From: Camelus ferus
Taxonomy: Eukaryota
Direction of reading: 5' to 3'
Length of the DNA stretch: 64,000 nucleotides
NCBI RefSeq assembly: GCF_009834535.1
Contig: NC_045696.1
Location: forward strand, 26,352,001-26,416,000
The notes under the pieces are model-generated. The model was not told where the DNA came from. It was given only the letters and a program-made list of their open reading frames with translations, and searched no databases. A program made the translations under genes and the position numbers. Below are positions 40,851 to 55,420 of this stretch, in pieces. Position 1 is the first letter of the stretch; every line of letters begins with the position of its first letter.

Positions 40851-42699
40851 TTAAGACAACCATTTTTTTAATTCCAGAAAATACCAATTTTTTTCAAATT
40901 CTATAAACCCATAGATTTGTAGCCAGACTCTGATTATAATCAACTCTAAAAGAAAATCCTCTTTCTTGTAATCAGAATGTTAATAACACTAGTGACAAGC
41001 ACATGGTTCAACTTGAAAGTGACCACTTGTCAAAATACGCTCCCAATCAGTGGTGTAGAACACATGTCCACCAAAGGCCCGCCAATTTTTTTTAAAGGTG
41101 ACATGCAGCACTTTTATTTTTGCTTCCACCTATAACAACAAATTTCCTCCTGGAAAGAATGTATAGCAACCATTCAAGATCAAGTTAAACTATTTAGCTA
41201 TTAAGTTGGCCATTAGAACATACTGGTTGAAGGGAGTATATGCTGAAGTGAGCAAAGCAATGTTGTGTAGTAAACATTAGCTTCATAAAGTCCCTAAAAC
41301 ACTTAATTAATGAAAACCAAACATGGATAAAACCAATTTACCCTGATTTACAGACTCCCTTCATCTGGAAACAGCTGCTTAATGTTCTCCTTAAAAACAC
41401 AGCTTGCTTCTTTCAGTATTAACAAGCTATTATTGTGAGTTATGTCTTTCTTTCAGTATATAAATTCACTTAAAACGAAGGCAGAGAAGTTTATAAAATG
41501 CAAGCTTAATGTTGTTTTAACATACGCTGCAAGGATTTTTTTGAACATTGACAGCTTTGATGAAAGGCATCTCTCTTTGGCTCTCATAAATTTAGCTTTT
41601 TGCTTTTTCCTTGTTTTATAATGTCAGAAACAACTTCTACTTTCCAAAAATATATATACTTTGGTACAGACACAAAATGGTAGCATGAGTGAGGATTCAG
41701 AGATCATAAGCTTTGGTATCAGAAATGAGCTTACTTTTCTTTGACATAAACTCATACAAGTGTAGCACTGATTCCACAAATCTTTGATGGTTAGAAAGCT
41801 GTCAGGTGGGTGAAGGAATTGTTACTTGTTGAGACTGATCTGTGAAACTGGAATTAGCTATACTTAGAACACACATGCTCATGCTCACCAATTGTATGGG
41901 TTTTGCTAGCTTGGACATTCCAAATACCAAAAAAAAAAAAAAAAAGTTGCCTTTGTTCCACTGTATTTTGATTGAAGTCCTGTATTTTTAAATTTTCTGC
42001 CTTCACTTAAAAAATATTTTTAAATTCTGCAACTAATGAAGAAATGCTAGAAGTTAATACATGAAAGAATACCTTCTATTTATTATGTGTTAACAGTTAG
42101 ATAAAGACTTTTTTTAAAAGCTGAAATAACCATTTCTATCATCACCTTCTTTATTTCCTCTCTCCTCAGTCTTCCTAAAATGAGGTTATTCCATCTCTTC
42201 TCCATTGAATTTTACACTTTATTTGACAGTGAAATATGTCAAGTTAAAGGCTTCTTAGAATATGGCTATTAAACTATAGTATGTAGAATATTAATTGCAG
42301 AAGGTGCTGTGATATTATATTTAAGTCAAGCATTTCTAGAAAATGACAAGCATTAAAAATATTTAAAAAGCTAACAGTCCTTTTGTCCCTGAAATGAAAC
42401 AATGGCAAAACTCCAATAAAGATTGTTTAATGACTGTAAAAAGAGAACTTGTTTTTTGATATTTTCTGATATTTTGATACTCATTTTCTTCAAAAATGTC
42501 AGATTTTTATTAAAAACAGCTGCTTATCCTCTGTACTTCAGATGAATGAAAGGATCGAGACAGTTGTTAAATTGTGCCAGTAAGTAGGACTGTGGGAGGA
42601 GCAAGAAGTTGGGAAATTAATAGAAATGTCATCTGTTTAATATGTGTTAATGGGTATAAGTTTTCATACGCATTTAATACAGGCTCAAGCTCCACAATT

Positions 42700-43090
42700 C
42701 AGAGTCCCTCTCATATGCTTCCTTCAGCCACAGGCATTTTATACATGCTGTTCATACTCTTCTTCCCTTGGATAAATCCTACTTTCCTTGCAGATTTCAG
42801 CACTTCTTAGGGAAACCTCCCCACTTCTTGATTCAGTCAATTTCCTCTCCACTCCAGGCTTTCTTAGCTCCTAGTACATCTCATTCATAATAATGGCATA
42901 TGTTTATTTGTTGTGAATGGAACTGGCCCATAGTTTGAGTGATCATTAGAAAACTGCCACCCTTCACCTGAACTTTAAGTACCATGAGGCCAGGGACTGA
43001 TTCTACTTTCATTCTCCATTTTTATCCTCAGAGTTTAGCAGAATAACTGGCACCTATTAGTAGGTGAAGGTATTAGTTTGAGTGAGTGAA
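42700..43090 (+). mobile_element. LINE-2 3' fragment
   Basis: ccatgaggccagggact...tttagcagaataactggcacctattagtaggtg...tttgagtgagtgaa. Confidence 0.6.
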
Positions 43091-43565
43091 GGTATTGGTG
43101 AGTGAACAAGGGATGAGAATGGAGACTCATGACAAATAACACACTGCATATAAAACCACAAACATGAAAATTGTTAAATACCAAAAAAAAAGAACAAACA
43201 GATGAGCAAGAATGCAATGAAGCTAGAAAAAATGGCAAGTTTAGGCCTTTACAAGCCTTTGTAGTAATCCAAAGAATTTGTACTAATCCAAAGAATTTGA
43301 GTAATTAAGTATCTTAGACACTATGAAGTATTTTAAACAGGAGAGAGGGTTGTTCCACTCTTCATGTTGGAAATCACTTAGGAGCAATGTGAGCTTAAAA
43401 CTGGAAGAGGATATTAGAAGCAGGGAGATGAATTAGAAAGCCATGGCATCATTCAGATGATAGTTCATGAGGACTGAAACAGGGACAAAAGAAATGAGAA
43501 CAGTTCCACTGTGACATTGGAAATACTTCCATCTGGTTTCAAAAGCTTTTTGCCATGTTTTTCAG

Positions 43566-43797
43566 GTTGATCGCCAACCCCAGTTTATTCAAGGCTACCG
43601 AGTGATGTACCGTCAGACTTCAGGCCTGCAGGCGATGTCAACGTGGCAGAATTTAGACGCCAAAGTCCCAACTGAGCGCAGTGCTGTCTTAGTCAATCTG
43701 AAAAAGGGGGTGACTTATGAAATTAAAGTTCGGCCATATTTTAACGAGTTCCAAGGAATGGATAGTGACGCTAAAACAGTTCGTACTACTGAAGAAG
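43566..43797 (+). CDS. ROBO2: ROBO2 exon (~14), FN3-2: VDRQPQFIQGYRVMYRQTSGLQAMSTWQNLDAKVPTERSAVLVNLKKGVTYEIKVRPYFNEFQGMDSDAKTVRTTEE
   Basis: Acceptor gccatgtttttcag, donor AAG|gtcagt, 232 nt, phase 0 to 1. Overlaps ORF 43602..43817. Confidence 0.97.
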
Positions 43798-46024
43798 GTC
43801 AGTTTTCAGATTTCTAACATAAACCAAACTGAAGTCATAAAGAAATCAATTTCCATTGACATTCTAGTTTATCATCTTCCTTAGAAGAGTAGCAAGAGAG
43901 AATCTAAAACTCAGTACAGAAAGTGTCATTTTCTCCTTTTATGCTAAGAACTCCACAGAATCTAACAACTCAAAAAAATGACATTCAGGTAATGAATTTC
44001 TCTTATGAAAACATTTGCTTCAAATCTTGCTTATCAGTGCACTGGAATTTGATTATAACATTTTCCCATTTTTTTTAACATGGGTTTAGTGCATTTGGCT
44101 TCATTAAAAGATAGGCTAATGGAAACTCAAGAACACAGGCGGTTCCTTGTCACTCCTCTGTTTTTGGTGTAGTAAAGAATGACATTTTCTTTTATAAGCT
44201 TTTTTCCCTATGGGTTCTGCCTGTCTAATTCATAGTTTCTAATCTGGAAGATCACTTGCACATTTGCATTAGCATTATTCTTAGTGATATTCCCTCTCCC
44301 TCTCCCCTTTGTAACTTTTCTTGCCTGCAGATACTTTAAAGTCAGTCTGTGATGGACATGAAATTAATATAGGTCTCAACCAGTCCATTTTCTAGTGTCT
44401 CCTTCACTAAACTAGAGGTTTATAATAAATGGTATCGTCAATGTACAAAAAAATCAGATAAGTATAATAAATTCCTCCTTTTCTGCTTTTCTACTAATTT
44501 TATGTATGTACACTGTTCCAGTAAAAAGCCTTTTTTTCTAAACATATTGTATATAAATAAATGTAAGAGCAGCCTTAAGAAAATGCATGTAGATTGTTCA
44601 TGCTAACATAGATGTTCATGTTTGACCAAAGAGCTTTTTAATTATACACACCTTACAATAAGCAACACAGTGGAATGTTACCTTCACGTTGGTTTACAGT
44701 GTGATACATTGACATGGGCAGAAATGCATATTTTTAAAGGCATCATTAATCTACTTTCAGGATTTATAAAGGAAAAAATTACTAAAAATTAATAATAGTA
44801 TCTTTATCCACCGTTGAATTTTACTCTATGTTGAAAATGTGTAGAACTAATGAGTGGGGTGGGTAAATTTAATACAGAATGCTACGTTTGAAGCATACTT
44901 CCAAAAATCAATTTCACTGCAGTTAGACTTTTCCTCTAGATTAGAAACTTGTCACCATTCGGTATACCTTCATCTCTGATTCCTGTGGCCTCTGAAGGGA
45001 ACAAAGGGAACTCAGCTGGGCTGTGTCTGGGAACGATGAGTGGGTTCTTTCACATCTGTATCTGGGATAATTGACCTGTCGGGAAACAGGCCTGGTGTTC
45101 TCACCAAGCCAGCAGTAAGGCAAATGGGAAAGCACTTTTCAAAAGTGCTGCTTTTCAGTGAAGTCTACTTAATAACTACACAACTGGTAGTTAAACAGTT
45201 GGGTTTATGTCATTGTGCCATATCTTGGAGCAACGTTATCACAGAGGAATAATAAAGAACAGTATTGTGGTGATGTGTCTGTGTGTGTTTTATACGCAAT
45301 GCAAGTATGACCGTACTTCAGTGAAATATGTCACGACAGATTTGCCAAACACGGGAAACTTTGCTGATAGGCTTTTAAAATATCTTTTATGACTGAGTGT
45401 ATTCATTTTCAAAGAACTAAACTGTAAAGTTATGAAAGCTTATATATGAAACTATTTCATACCACAAAATTAATTGAATTTTTTTAATTGTTAGTGCTTT
45501 GATTTTCCTTTATCAGCCTTTGGTTTAAACTCAGATATTCACTGAAATGGATAAGTTTTTCTGCAAAATTAGTGCAGCTTAGCCCTCAGATACACTGGGT
45601 AGGAGATGTTGCAGTCCAAAGTCATGAATTTTTTCTTACTCATCTTTTCTCAGCACAATTATAATTACTTATAGGAGAAACCATAAAAGAAGAGAACTGT
45701 AGGAAATTAAAATCTGCCCATTTCACATTTGACCCAACATGAACTGTTTTCATTTATATCTTCAGAGTTCCTTGCCCATCAATGTAAAATAAGTTTTAAA
45801 TCTTAAATTATGGGTCAATTTGTAACAGTCAGTTATTTTTCTCAGTATGAAAACAGAAGTGTCTTGTTTCTGTGTTGGTGAGATTTATAGCCATGTTGCT
45901 ATTTTTATGTATTAAACACAAACCAGAACAAAACAAAAAGATTGTCAGTAATGCTACCACTCAGAGATAATGACTGATAAAATTCTGGAATGCAGGAGAA
46001 TATTTTTGATAGTGATGTGAGTTT

Positions 46025-46072
46025 TTGTTGTTGTTGTTGTTGTTGTTTTGGTTTGGTTTTTGGTTGGTTGTT
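46025..46072. repeat. (TTG)n microsatellite decaying into (TTGG)/(TTTGG)
   Basis: ttgttgttgttgttgttgttgttttggtttggtttttggttggttg. Source of the poly-Q in ORF 45905..46111. Confidence 0.9.
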
Positions 46073-46084
46073 TTTCCATAAAGG

Positions 46085-46310
46085 GAGCCTATTAGAGTCA
46101 AAAGAATCCAAGTTCTAGAATCTGGGTTCAAATTCTCCCTGATTGTTTGTCTTAAATAAGTCTTTTGCAGTAGCCTTCTGTTTTCTTACCTGTAAAACTG
46201 AGATAAGAGTTGTTTTTATTTCCTGAGGTTATTGTGAGAATTAAATCTGACATTCAGTTCAGGGCATATAGGAAACACTCATTAGAATGTTAGCTGTTAA
46301 GTTTATTAAT
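46085..46310 (+). mobile_element. MIR SINE
   Basis: ctgggttcaaattc...ttttcttacctgtaaaactgagataa...gaggttattgtgagaattaaat...aatgttagctgtt follows the MIR consensus. Confidence 0.75.
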
Positions 46311-46527
46311 GAGGACATGTTACCATAGCTTGGAATTTGCTTTAAATCTAACCATTATATTTAAAGGATTAAAAAAATAAAAACTCATTGTTGAATACTA
46401 TCTGCAAATTCAGAACTACTGGAAACCAGAACCTCTTGTATCTTGTCTTTATGTTCATATTTTGTAAGGAGCATTAATGCACACCAAGATTTACAGTTTG
46501 TGTTTATTCTAATCACTTCCTCCACAG

Positions 46528-46652
46528 CCCCAAGTGCCCCTCCACAATCTGTCACTGTCCTGACAGTCGGAAGCCACAATAGCACAAGTATTAGTGTTTC
46601 CTGGGATCCTCCTCCACCAGATCATCAGAATGGAATTATCCAAGAATACAAG
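46528..46652 (+). CDS. ROBO2: ROBO2 exon (~15), start of FN3-3: (A)[41 protein letters not shown]
   Basis: Acceptor ctaatcacttcctccacag, donor AAG|gtaggg, 125 nt, phase 1 to 0. Confidence 0.97.
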
Positions 46653-48928
46653 GTAGGGCCTGGATGAAGAAGGAAGGTCCACAGATGACAGTTCCCAGAG
46701 AAGTCTCAGGGTCACATGGATGAAGAACATTTCTAGTGGCTCCCTTATTAACTTGAGTGTAAATTAATTTTTTATATCTTTGTGCAACACGTAAAGAGAC
46801 AAATGCATATATCCTACCTCCAGGGTCACAGATAACTCAGACTCAGTTGGACAAGTAAACCATAACAATGCAGTGGGGTTTTTTTTGAATAATGTGATTG
46901 CAGAACTTCAAAGATTTAGAGAGATGAGGTACAAGGTAGATAGTGAAGCCCTGTCCCAGAAAATGCCTTTATCTTTTTTACTAGATTTCTGTGTAATGGG
47001 CCTTAGAGCAGCTGTTTTTAAACCGTATTCTCATAAAACAATGCTTCAAGGCTTTAAAGAGTTGGGATGGGAATATAAGGGTGGGCGTACCAGCTTCCAC
47101 TCCAGGTCTGCTTTGATCATGTTATTGAGGTTCTGTAAAATATTTCACTTGAAAAAAGAGAGCCATTGAGAATACAAATTTTGAAAAACTCTCGTGTTTC
47201 AACTGATGAATTTATTGCTGTTGAGAAGCAATATATATCCAGTTTCTTCGCCATCATTTGAGAGACATCTTTTAAGAGACATAAGGTGTCTAACTTTGAG
47301 AAGTAAAATTCTGATTAACTGTGATGTGACTGGACAACATGGGAGAGTAAAACACCTCATTTAAACCTTGTAAAAATTTAAAACTATGGCTTTTTGCTAT
47401 TGATAAGTATTTATAGAATTCTGACAATAACAAACTAAGTACATCTATTAGAAGAGAAAACTAGACCCCACCTTACCCCAGAAATTCCTAGTTGGTATGT
47501 GAAATTAAGCCAAATCATTTCACTCAAAACATTGTTATTTCTAAGAAAAATAAAGATTCATTTAAAATAGAATTTTCTTAAGTTAATGGCTAAGTTACTG
47601 AAGCAAATAGACTAAATTTGCAAGAGCATTTTAAAAAATTATCCCCATCACATTATAAAGAAATGTGAATAAGAAAATAAGAATAAGTGTATTTATAATA
47701 GCATAATTATATATGTTCTGAAATTTTGTAAGTGTTAGGATACGTTGTTTTAAAAGCAAAAAAGTTATCTACCCTGGGGTGTGTGTGTTTTAATGAAGTT
47801 AGGATTTTACTTTTGTGTCATTTAGGGTTACATATCCTGAACTTCCATTTATTTAAATACTGATCTTTTTTACAACATGGTAATTATTTTGTAAGTTGTA
47901 AATTTCTTAGTCATACGAGATTTATACATTTATTAAAAATGTGTATATTTTGTGAGGGCTGAATATTCCTTCATTAGAAACTTAAGCTTCATAAATTAAA
48001 TAAAAGAAATCTACAATTCAAAACTGTTATTTTCAAGAAAAAATTTTAGGAAGTTAACCTGTTTCAGAAACAAGTCTTGTGTGTTCCTACTTATGTGTCC
48101 CCATGTAGACTGCAAATACTGTATAATATTATACAAGTAAGTATACACAGTAGAATTTTTATAACACATTTTACAGCAAGAGATTTCCATATCCCAGAAG
48201 AAAGTGTAACTTAAAATATGAATCTTATTTGAAGTAAAAGCCTAGCATTCCTCACATTAGTGTTTAAAGACTTCTCACCACTTTGTTCTCATGCATGTGT
48301 ATGTGTGTAGATATGTTTGATCAATATTAAGATTTATTACTGTCAATGTAAATATTGCCTTTAATTTTGTCTTAGTCAATACCTGTAACTTAAGTCAATT
48401 AATCTTGTTAACTACTTATATGTAAGTTAATATTTTCCTAAATGAAATATAAATTACTTAGATGTGCATCTATATACTTTGGATACTAAGTTCATAATCA
48501 CCATATTTTTAATAGATTACATGTATAATAAATCTTGATAAGTAAATTAAGCAGAGGAATTTTATGTATTTTAATCTATACCTGAATGCTGTGTGCAACC
48601 AAGGACCACTTTCCAGACTTAGCAGAGATGTTAAGGGAATCATTGTACTATGAATATTTAGTGTTGATTGTAAAATATAAAGGAACACTGCATAGTTTTA
48701 GCTTCTTATTGTTCTTCCTTTAATACACAAATACACACATATCTATATCTATACATTATATTATATATAAATGATAGAAATTAAGTCTTAGAAAGTGTCA
48801 TTTACAAATACTTCAATAAGCCTAGAAAATAGATTGTTCACTACTAAAAAATTTAATCAATTATAATGATCTAATTACCAGAAAGGATAATTTTATATTC
48901 TTTTGTTATTCATTTTACGTTTGTATAG

Positions 48929-49100
48929 ATCTGGTGTCTGGGGAATGAAACGCGATTCCACATCAACAAAACTGTAGATGCAGCCATTCGATCCGTAATA
49001 ATTGGTGGATTATTCCCAGGTATTCAGTACCGGGTAGAGGTTGCAGCTAGTACCAGTGCAGGTGTTGGAGTCAAGAGTGAGCCCCAGCCGATAATAGTTG
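48929..49100 (+). CDS. ROBO2: ROBO2 exon (~16), FN3-3: [57 protein letters not shown]
   Basis: Acceptor ttttacgtttgtatag, donor TTG|gtgagt, 172 nt, phase 0 to 1. Translated by hand; absent from the ORF track. Confidence 0.97.
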
Positions 49101-49539
49101 GTGAGTACCAATCTGTATGGTCTGTGCTTTAGAGTCAGTCAACTGGTAACAAGGTAGATTGTTTTTTTGAACCTGCATCCCAACAATGGATAGGTGAGAA
49201 TGAGTGCTAAGATGTGTACATCACATAAGCAAATAGGTTAACTAGCATTTCTAACAAAAAATGTTTAGCAATTGCTCGTGGTCTTAAAATTTCCACCAAC
49301 TTCTTAAAATCATAGTAGTCATTAAGAATTTAAATGCTGAAAGTTGGTTTGAAAATTATTTTTAATCAATAGTTTCATTTGTAATTTTGATGCCATTGAA
49401 ATATAATAGGAAATGAGGCAGTTACTGAAGAAAGCACATGATGTTTCAAATCTATATGCTTCCTCTTAGCCAGAAAAATGTCAAAAATTAACCAGAAACA
49501 GGCCAGAAGAAACTTTGTAATCCAAATATACTATCCCAA

Positions 49540-50790
49540 AGAAGAAATCTCTCTTAAATCTACTATCATCATTACAGAAAATTGCTGCCTATCACTGTTA
49601 TGTTTGACATTTCTTGAAATATATATATATATATGGAATCATATAGAATATAATATTTTGTGTCTGGCTTCTTTCACTAGACATAATGTTTTTGAGATTC
49701 ACCCATATATGTATTATGCAATTTGTATGTTTTATTTCTGAACAGTATTCATTTGTGTGAATGTATCATATTTTTGTCTCTGCTTTTTCCTTGAGAGAAT
49801 TTTTTTTTGAGGACATATGTTTTTATTTCTTTTGAAGAAATACCTAGAAGTGGAATTTCTGAGTAATAGCACTAATGTAGTTTGACTTTATAAGAAACGC
49901 TATTTTTTTCAAATTGCATAATTTTACATTTTCACTAGGAAAGAATATGACTTGCAATTTTTCTGCACTGTAACATTTGATGTTGCTATCTGTAATTTTA
50001 GCCATTCCAGTGAGTGTAAGAATACCTCATTATTGCTTTAACTTCAATTTTTCTTTGCTAACTAATGATATTGAGCAACTTTGCATGTGCTTATTGGCCA
50101 TTCACATACTTTCTTTTGTGAATTTCCAAGTCTTTGCTTTTTTCAAAATGGTATCTTTGTCTCTTGTTACTGATTAAGAGGAGTCATTTGTACATTTTTG
50201 ATGTAAATTCTCTGCCATACATTGTATTGCAAATATTTTTTCCTAATCTCTATCTTTCCTATTCATTTTCTTAATAGTGTCTTTTGGTGAACAGAAGTTT
50301 TAAATTTAAGTGATCTACAATTTGTCAAATTTTTCTTTCATGTTTAGTACTTTCTAAGAAACTGTGTCCTACCACTTCTGGATAGCAAGGATATTTTCTT
50401 CCAGAAGCTTTATAATTCTAGGTTTTATGGTTAGGTCTATAATTTATCTCAAAGTAATTGCATGTGGTTTGAGGGTTGAGGCTTACTTATTTCCACATGT
50501 ATGTCAAAATGCATAGGCATCATTCATTGAAAAAATGTTCCTTTCCCCAATTAACTATATATGTGTGGGTGCATTCCTCGATTCCTTATGTTGTTCCACT
50601 TAGTTATTTGTCTATCCATACGCCAAACCAGACTGTCTTGATTACTATAGCTTATAAAAAGTCTTGAAAACAGGTAATGTTGAGTACTCCATCATTTTCT
50701 TCTGCAAAATTGTTTTGGCTATTCCAGACCTTTTGCTTTTCCATATACTTTTCAAATCAGCTTGTCAGTTTCTACAAAATTATGTTGGAA
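49540..50790 (-). mobile_element. LINE-1 3' portion, degenerate
   Basis: ggaatcatatag...tgtctggcttctttcact...actaatgatattgagcaactttgcatgtgcttattggccattc...gtcttgattactatagctt. Confidence 0.88.
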
Positions 50791-50799
50791 TTGTGACAG

Positions 50800-52500
50800 T
50801 TGTTGTCTTTTAATTGAAGTGTTTATTATTTTTAATGTGATTATTGATGGGCTTAGAAAAACCTTTCTTCTGTGTATTTTTTTACCTGCTTATATTTGTA
50901 CTTTCCTAATTTCCTGACTTCCTTTGGATGAATTAAATAGTGTTCTGTATTGCATTTTTATGTTCACTATCGTATTACTAAGTATACTTCTTTTTTGTCA
51001 TGATTACTCTAGGATTAGCCTATAAAATAAGAATCTTAGAATAGATAGTTTCATTTTCCTTCCATTCAATCTTTTTGCTATTGTTATACTTTTTATTTCT
51101 ACTCATGCAGTAAAAACCCAATATGCAAACATTAAAGTGTTACTTTAAACAATCAGATATCTTTCATATAAATTAAAACTAAGAAAAAATATTTTATGTA
51201 ACTCATCTTTATCTGATATTTTGTTTCATTCAACCCCTTCAGTATCCCTGAGTTCCTCTATCTCTTTAACTTAGGAATGCCGTTCAGCCATGTTTGGATT
51301 CCCTTTCAGTGCATCCCATTTTACAAATTGTCTCCAGATTGAAAACTTTGAATATAATAAGATTCCCCTTGTTCGTTTTCCTTTTCTCATAGTCCTGCTT
51401 TGTTTCACGTATTTTGCCTAGTTTTTTGCTTGTTTATGATGGGATCACATGTCTCATTCCTGTTATTTCTTCATGGGCAGAAGTGGAAGTATCCCGTGAA
51501 TTACCCAGTCCATATAATACATCTTCTGTTCTAGAATGCCCATTTATTTTCTTTTACATTTTCCATTTCCCTCTGGAATTTTCCTTTTGTTCATTCACTA
51601 TGACTCTATTAATTTAAGTTCATGAACATATCATAATAGCTGCTTTAAAGTCTTTTTCTCCTAATTACAACATCTGTGTCATCTCATGGTCTATTTCTAT
51701 TGATTACTTTTCCTCTTGATCTTGGGTCATTTTTTCCTCATTGTTCTTGTTGTCATTGTTATTGTTTTGCTTGTTTTTGCATCCTGGTAATTTTGTACCA
51801 TATACTGGACGTTGTACATGACTTACTATACAAATTTGTGATCTTCCAAAAAGTGTTGGTTTTTGTTCTAGAGGACTGTTTATGTTTCGACCTTATTCTT
51901 AAGATAAAACCTCATTTGATCTTTACTCCTAAGACATGACACTCCTGAACTTTTAGTGAAAAGCTTAATATGTTTATCTAGTCATGGAATTTAAACTTCG
52001 GACACAGACTTCTCCGCAGTAGACATCAGCTGAAAAATCTGTTCAGCTTTTTTTAGCCTTTTACCTTTTGATTTTTACGAGATCCTTGAAATCTTCTTTC
52101 TGCCTTCACATTTCAGGGTTAACCCTAGGACTTGAGGGAGAATTTATACACAGATTTGAGAGCATCACTCTCTAGTAGCTCCCAGTTTCACAAGTTTCTC
52201 CTTTAATTTTTAGTCACCCTGGCAGCTCTGAACGCTATCCTCTGACATCTCCTATCAATGAGATTGAAATGTTCTCTTGGGTTCTAGGTCCCTAGCACTA
52301 CAATGGAGTGAGCTCTCTAAGGGGAGAGAAAGCCTCATAAATGCAGATTTCTTTTCTTGTGTGGTTTTGTTCTTCAAGAGGCAAATCCCTTTAGTTCTCC
52401 CTGCTTTTATTTGTTTGTCAGTGTCTTTATTTTTTTAAATATTCTTCCTAGAGTTTACATATTCTAAAAATTCTTGTCCAGAGTTTGATACAAGCAAATG
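50800..52500 (-). mobile_element. Fragmented ancient LINE-1 remnants
   Basis: T-rich sequence with old-L1 motifs such as catatcataatagctgctttaaagtctttttctcctaattacaacatctgtgtcatc. Internal boundaries unclear. Confidence 0.5.
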
Positions 52501-55009
52501 TGCCATTCCCATTCTTTTCTGTTTATTTTCTGAAATGATGCACACAGAGCCTACTGCCAATTTCTGGGAAATTGTTTCTTACTGCAAATTATTTACTGTA
52601 TTTGAAGCGAGTTAACACTCAGTCTTAATGTTAACAATATTTGGACTCTCCAAGTATTCTTTGTTTTATATATTAAAAGCATTAAAAAAGTTATAGTATT
52701 AACTTTTCTTTAAATTGCCTTCCCTTTCTTAATTAGTCATACAGACTGAATTAATTTTTAACCTGAGGGAAACCTACAATCTTGCCCTTCTGAGATTTTC
52801 TAAAATAAATTGGAATAAGAAAGAAATACAAGTACACTCAAAAGGATTTAACTGATATATATATCTCATATATATTATATCATAATAATGAGTGTATATA
52901 TATGTGTGTGTGTATATATATATATACTTATTTTTATTTCTATATATTTTCTAAATAATATTTAGACCATTTATGCTATTTAGAAATAAGCCATTAATTT
53001 TTCACTTAAAAAAACCTATAAATGAAAAATGTTTAAAAGGTATAGTTTTCTATGAGAACTCCTAGAAAGGTAAATACAGCTTTTTCCCCCACTGTCTCTC
53101 TAGCATATGTATGAAATAGATTGACTGAATATAATTTTTCTAAATCAAAGATCAGTAAGATTACCAAATATTTATACTTCCCTTTCATGTTTCCTTTTTC
53201 ATTTCTATTATCTTAGGCAATAAATATAACTCTCAAACATGGGAAACTTGGTTTGTTTTGGTTTCAGTTTTAGTATTGGTTTTGATTGGTAGTGACTACC
53301 TCACAATATTTGGGGGATTGATTGCATTTGGAGGCAAGTAAAAAAAATTGTAAGAATACCATTTCCCTAAGCTCATATCATGACAGTTAAGAAATGAGCA
53401 GTCGTACGGTAACTTAAAATAATAAAAAAAGTTAATTTAGACTATTTTAAATCAAATGGAAAGTTTTGCTTACTTCTTGTATCATTTTAAAAAGACTAAG
53501 TGTTGACATGGATACAAATACCTCTTCATTTGTTTATATATCATACAGCTTTTCAGATTTTTCTATGAAATAAAAAATAATCCAGTAAGTAATATTTCTA
53601 TCTCCTATTCATGTCATTCAAATACACAATGTCCAAGACATAATCAAAAACAAGTAGAACTGTACCACTTGAAATAAACACACACGTACACATAAGCACA
53701 GTTCATCCTGGAAAAGTCTGTTTGTCCTCGAGAGATTTATTTCTTTTTAATGTCTACTGCTGTACTGAAGAAGCCTTTAATTGTTTCTTTAATTACGCCT
53801 GCATATCTACCTTAACATCTTGTCTGATAACCTTACTACACAACTGTTTTTCCTTAGTTGAAAATTGATTTAGTGATTGCTGATCTCCTCTTCTCTTTCA
53901 CTTTATTCTTTCCCTGTTGTCTGTTCAGTCCTGGAAACAGCACTTGAAGTGACTCAAGCTCTCCTTCATTTCCTTTTGCTTTAATTAAATCATGTATTGG
54001 CATTTGTTGTAATTTATGGCTGATAATTTTAGATTTGTCTTATGCCAGACCATGTACTGTTTCATCTGTTCCTTCTCTGTTTAGTTTTTATTCCAGAAAG
54101 TTACATTAAGGGACCATTCATTAAAATATTGTATAAACATCATAAACAGCCTTACACAGGCTTAAAAGTAGTAGTATTCTTTTGTCGGAAGTTTCCACTG
54201 ATAAGATAACTTTTCCATCAAAATGTCCGTAATTCTTTATTGCTGCAATTACACACATGCATAAATGCAACCAAATACATTTACGTATGTAAGCATCAAA
54301 CAGCAAGTCATATAACAAACATACGTTGACTTAAAATTCTCAGTAAGTTTGCTTAATAACATACCTGTTGTTTCTTTAATCATGTGGCCAGTTCACACTT
54401 ACCTTACATAGTTGGTAATATTTGAAACAGCTGCAAATTTTCACAGTAATAGGTACAATCGAATCTGATGTGTCTAATTAATTTTTAGTCCAACAAATTA
54501 GTTTTGTTCTTTGTTACTCTCCAATGGGAGAAAGACATTATATTTCATTATATTTTTTTTGTCTGTAAGAACAGTGGTGCGTTCACAGGTCACACACATC
54601 CCTTGTCTGTGCTTTAATTAGTCCAAATGACAACATTGTTTTAAAAATACTAGCAGCATAAGAAATAGTAATACACCTTGGGTTTCATAAATATTCCACT
54701 GTGTTAAATATGAATTTTATACACCTTTTGCACAGACAGATTTCCTTTTCTTTGTGCTATAAGGTGTTTTCTTTTTAGTAACTACTAGTATTTAGGACAG
54801 TCACCAGATATGTGTATGTCTCATATTGAAAATATGAGCTCATTGTAAATACATTTTTGACTATGTTTGTATGTATAATAATAATAATATGTTTGTATGT
54901 ATAATAAGAACAGATAGATTAGGAAAACAAATCAGGTTTACTACACAGGGGATGCTAGTTTTTAAATCTGATATTTAACATGGAATACATTTCAGGAAAG
55001 GAATATTAA

Positions 55010-55420
55010 TATGTATAAAAAATACCAGCAGCTGTAACAAAACAAGCAGGCATTCTGATTGGCTTAAATGTTTCCTTTTTTGTTCATAGCTCAGTCTAAA
55101 ATGGGTCAGCAGTAATGGAGGCCAGGGTTTCTACTCCATAAAGTTTTTAGGGAAGTTGGATCCTTCCAGTCAATAGATCTACCATCTCTTAGTGGATCAG
55201 CATTCTCCAACAGATACCTAGTTTCTACCCAACATTTAGGAAAGAGAGAGTGTGATGTCCTGTCACAGCGGTGTATGGGTCAGGTCCAGAGGTAGTATGC
55301 ATCTATCTGCCTGCCCACCCCTGGCCAATATCCAGTCACTTTGTTGCACTCAACTACAAGGGAGGCTAGGAAATATAGGCTAACTTTCTGCCTTGGAAAT
55401 TGGAGAAACCATGGTAAACA
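55010..55420 (-). mobile_element. Old MaLR LTR remnant (MLT1J/K/L-like)
   Basis: gctgtaacaaa...ggcttaaa...ggccaatatccagtcac...aactacaagggaggctaggaaat motifs. Confidence 0.6.

Noticed and set aside
43258..43295. 19-bp tandem duplication TTTGTA(G/C)TAATCCAAAGAA, and a similar one near 54863-54907
   Set aside because: Two copies without unique spacers: local slippage, not a CRISPR-like array.
45131..45149. Inverted repeat AGCACTTTT-C-AAAAGTGCT containing a miR-17-family seed
   Set aside because: The arms are only 9 bp with no extended pre-miRNA stem, and similarity ends after the seed.
47008..47192. Possible hAT MITE with weak terminal inverted repeats
   Set aside because: Too degraded to call without a Dfam search.
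49101..49132. Read-through past the donor giving [14 protein letters not shown] (secreted ectodomain)
   Set aside because: The donor gtgagt is strong and I saw no AATAAA nearby; early intronic stops are expected anyway.
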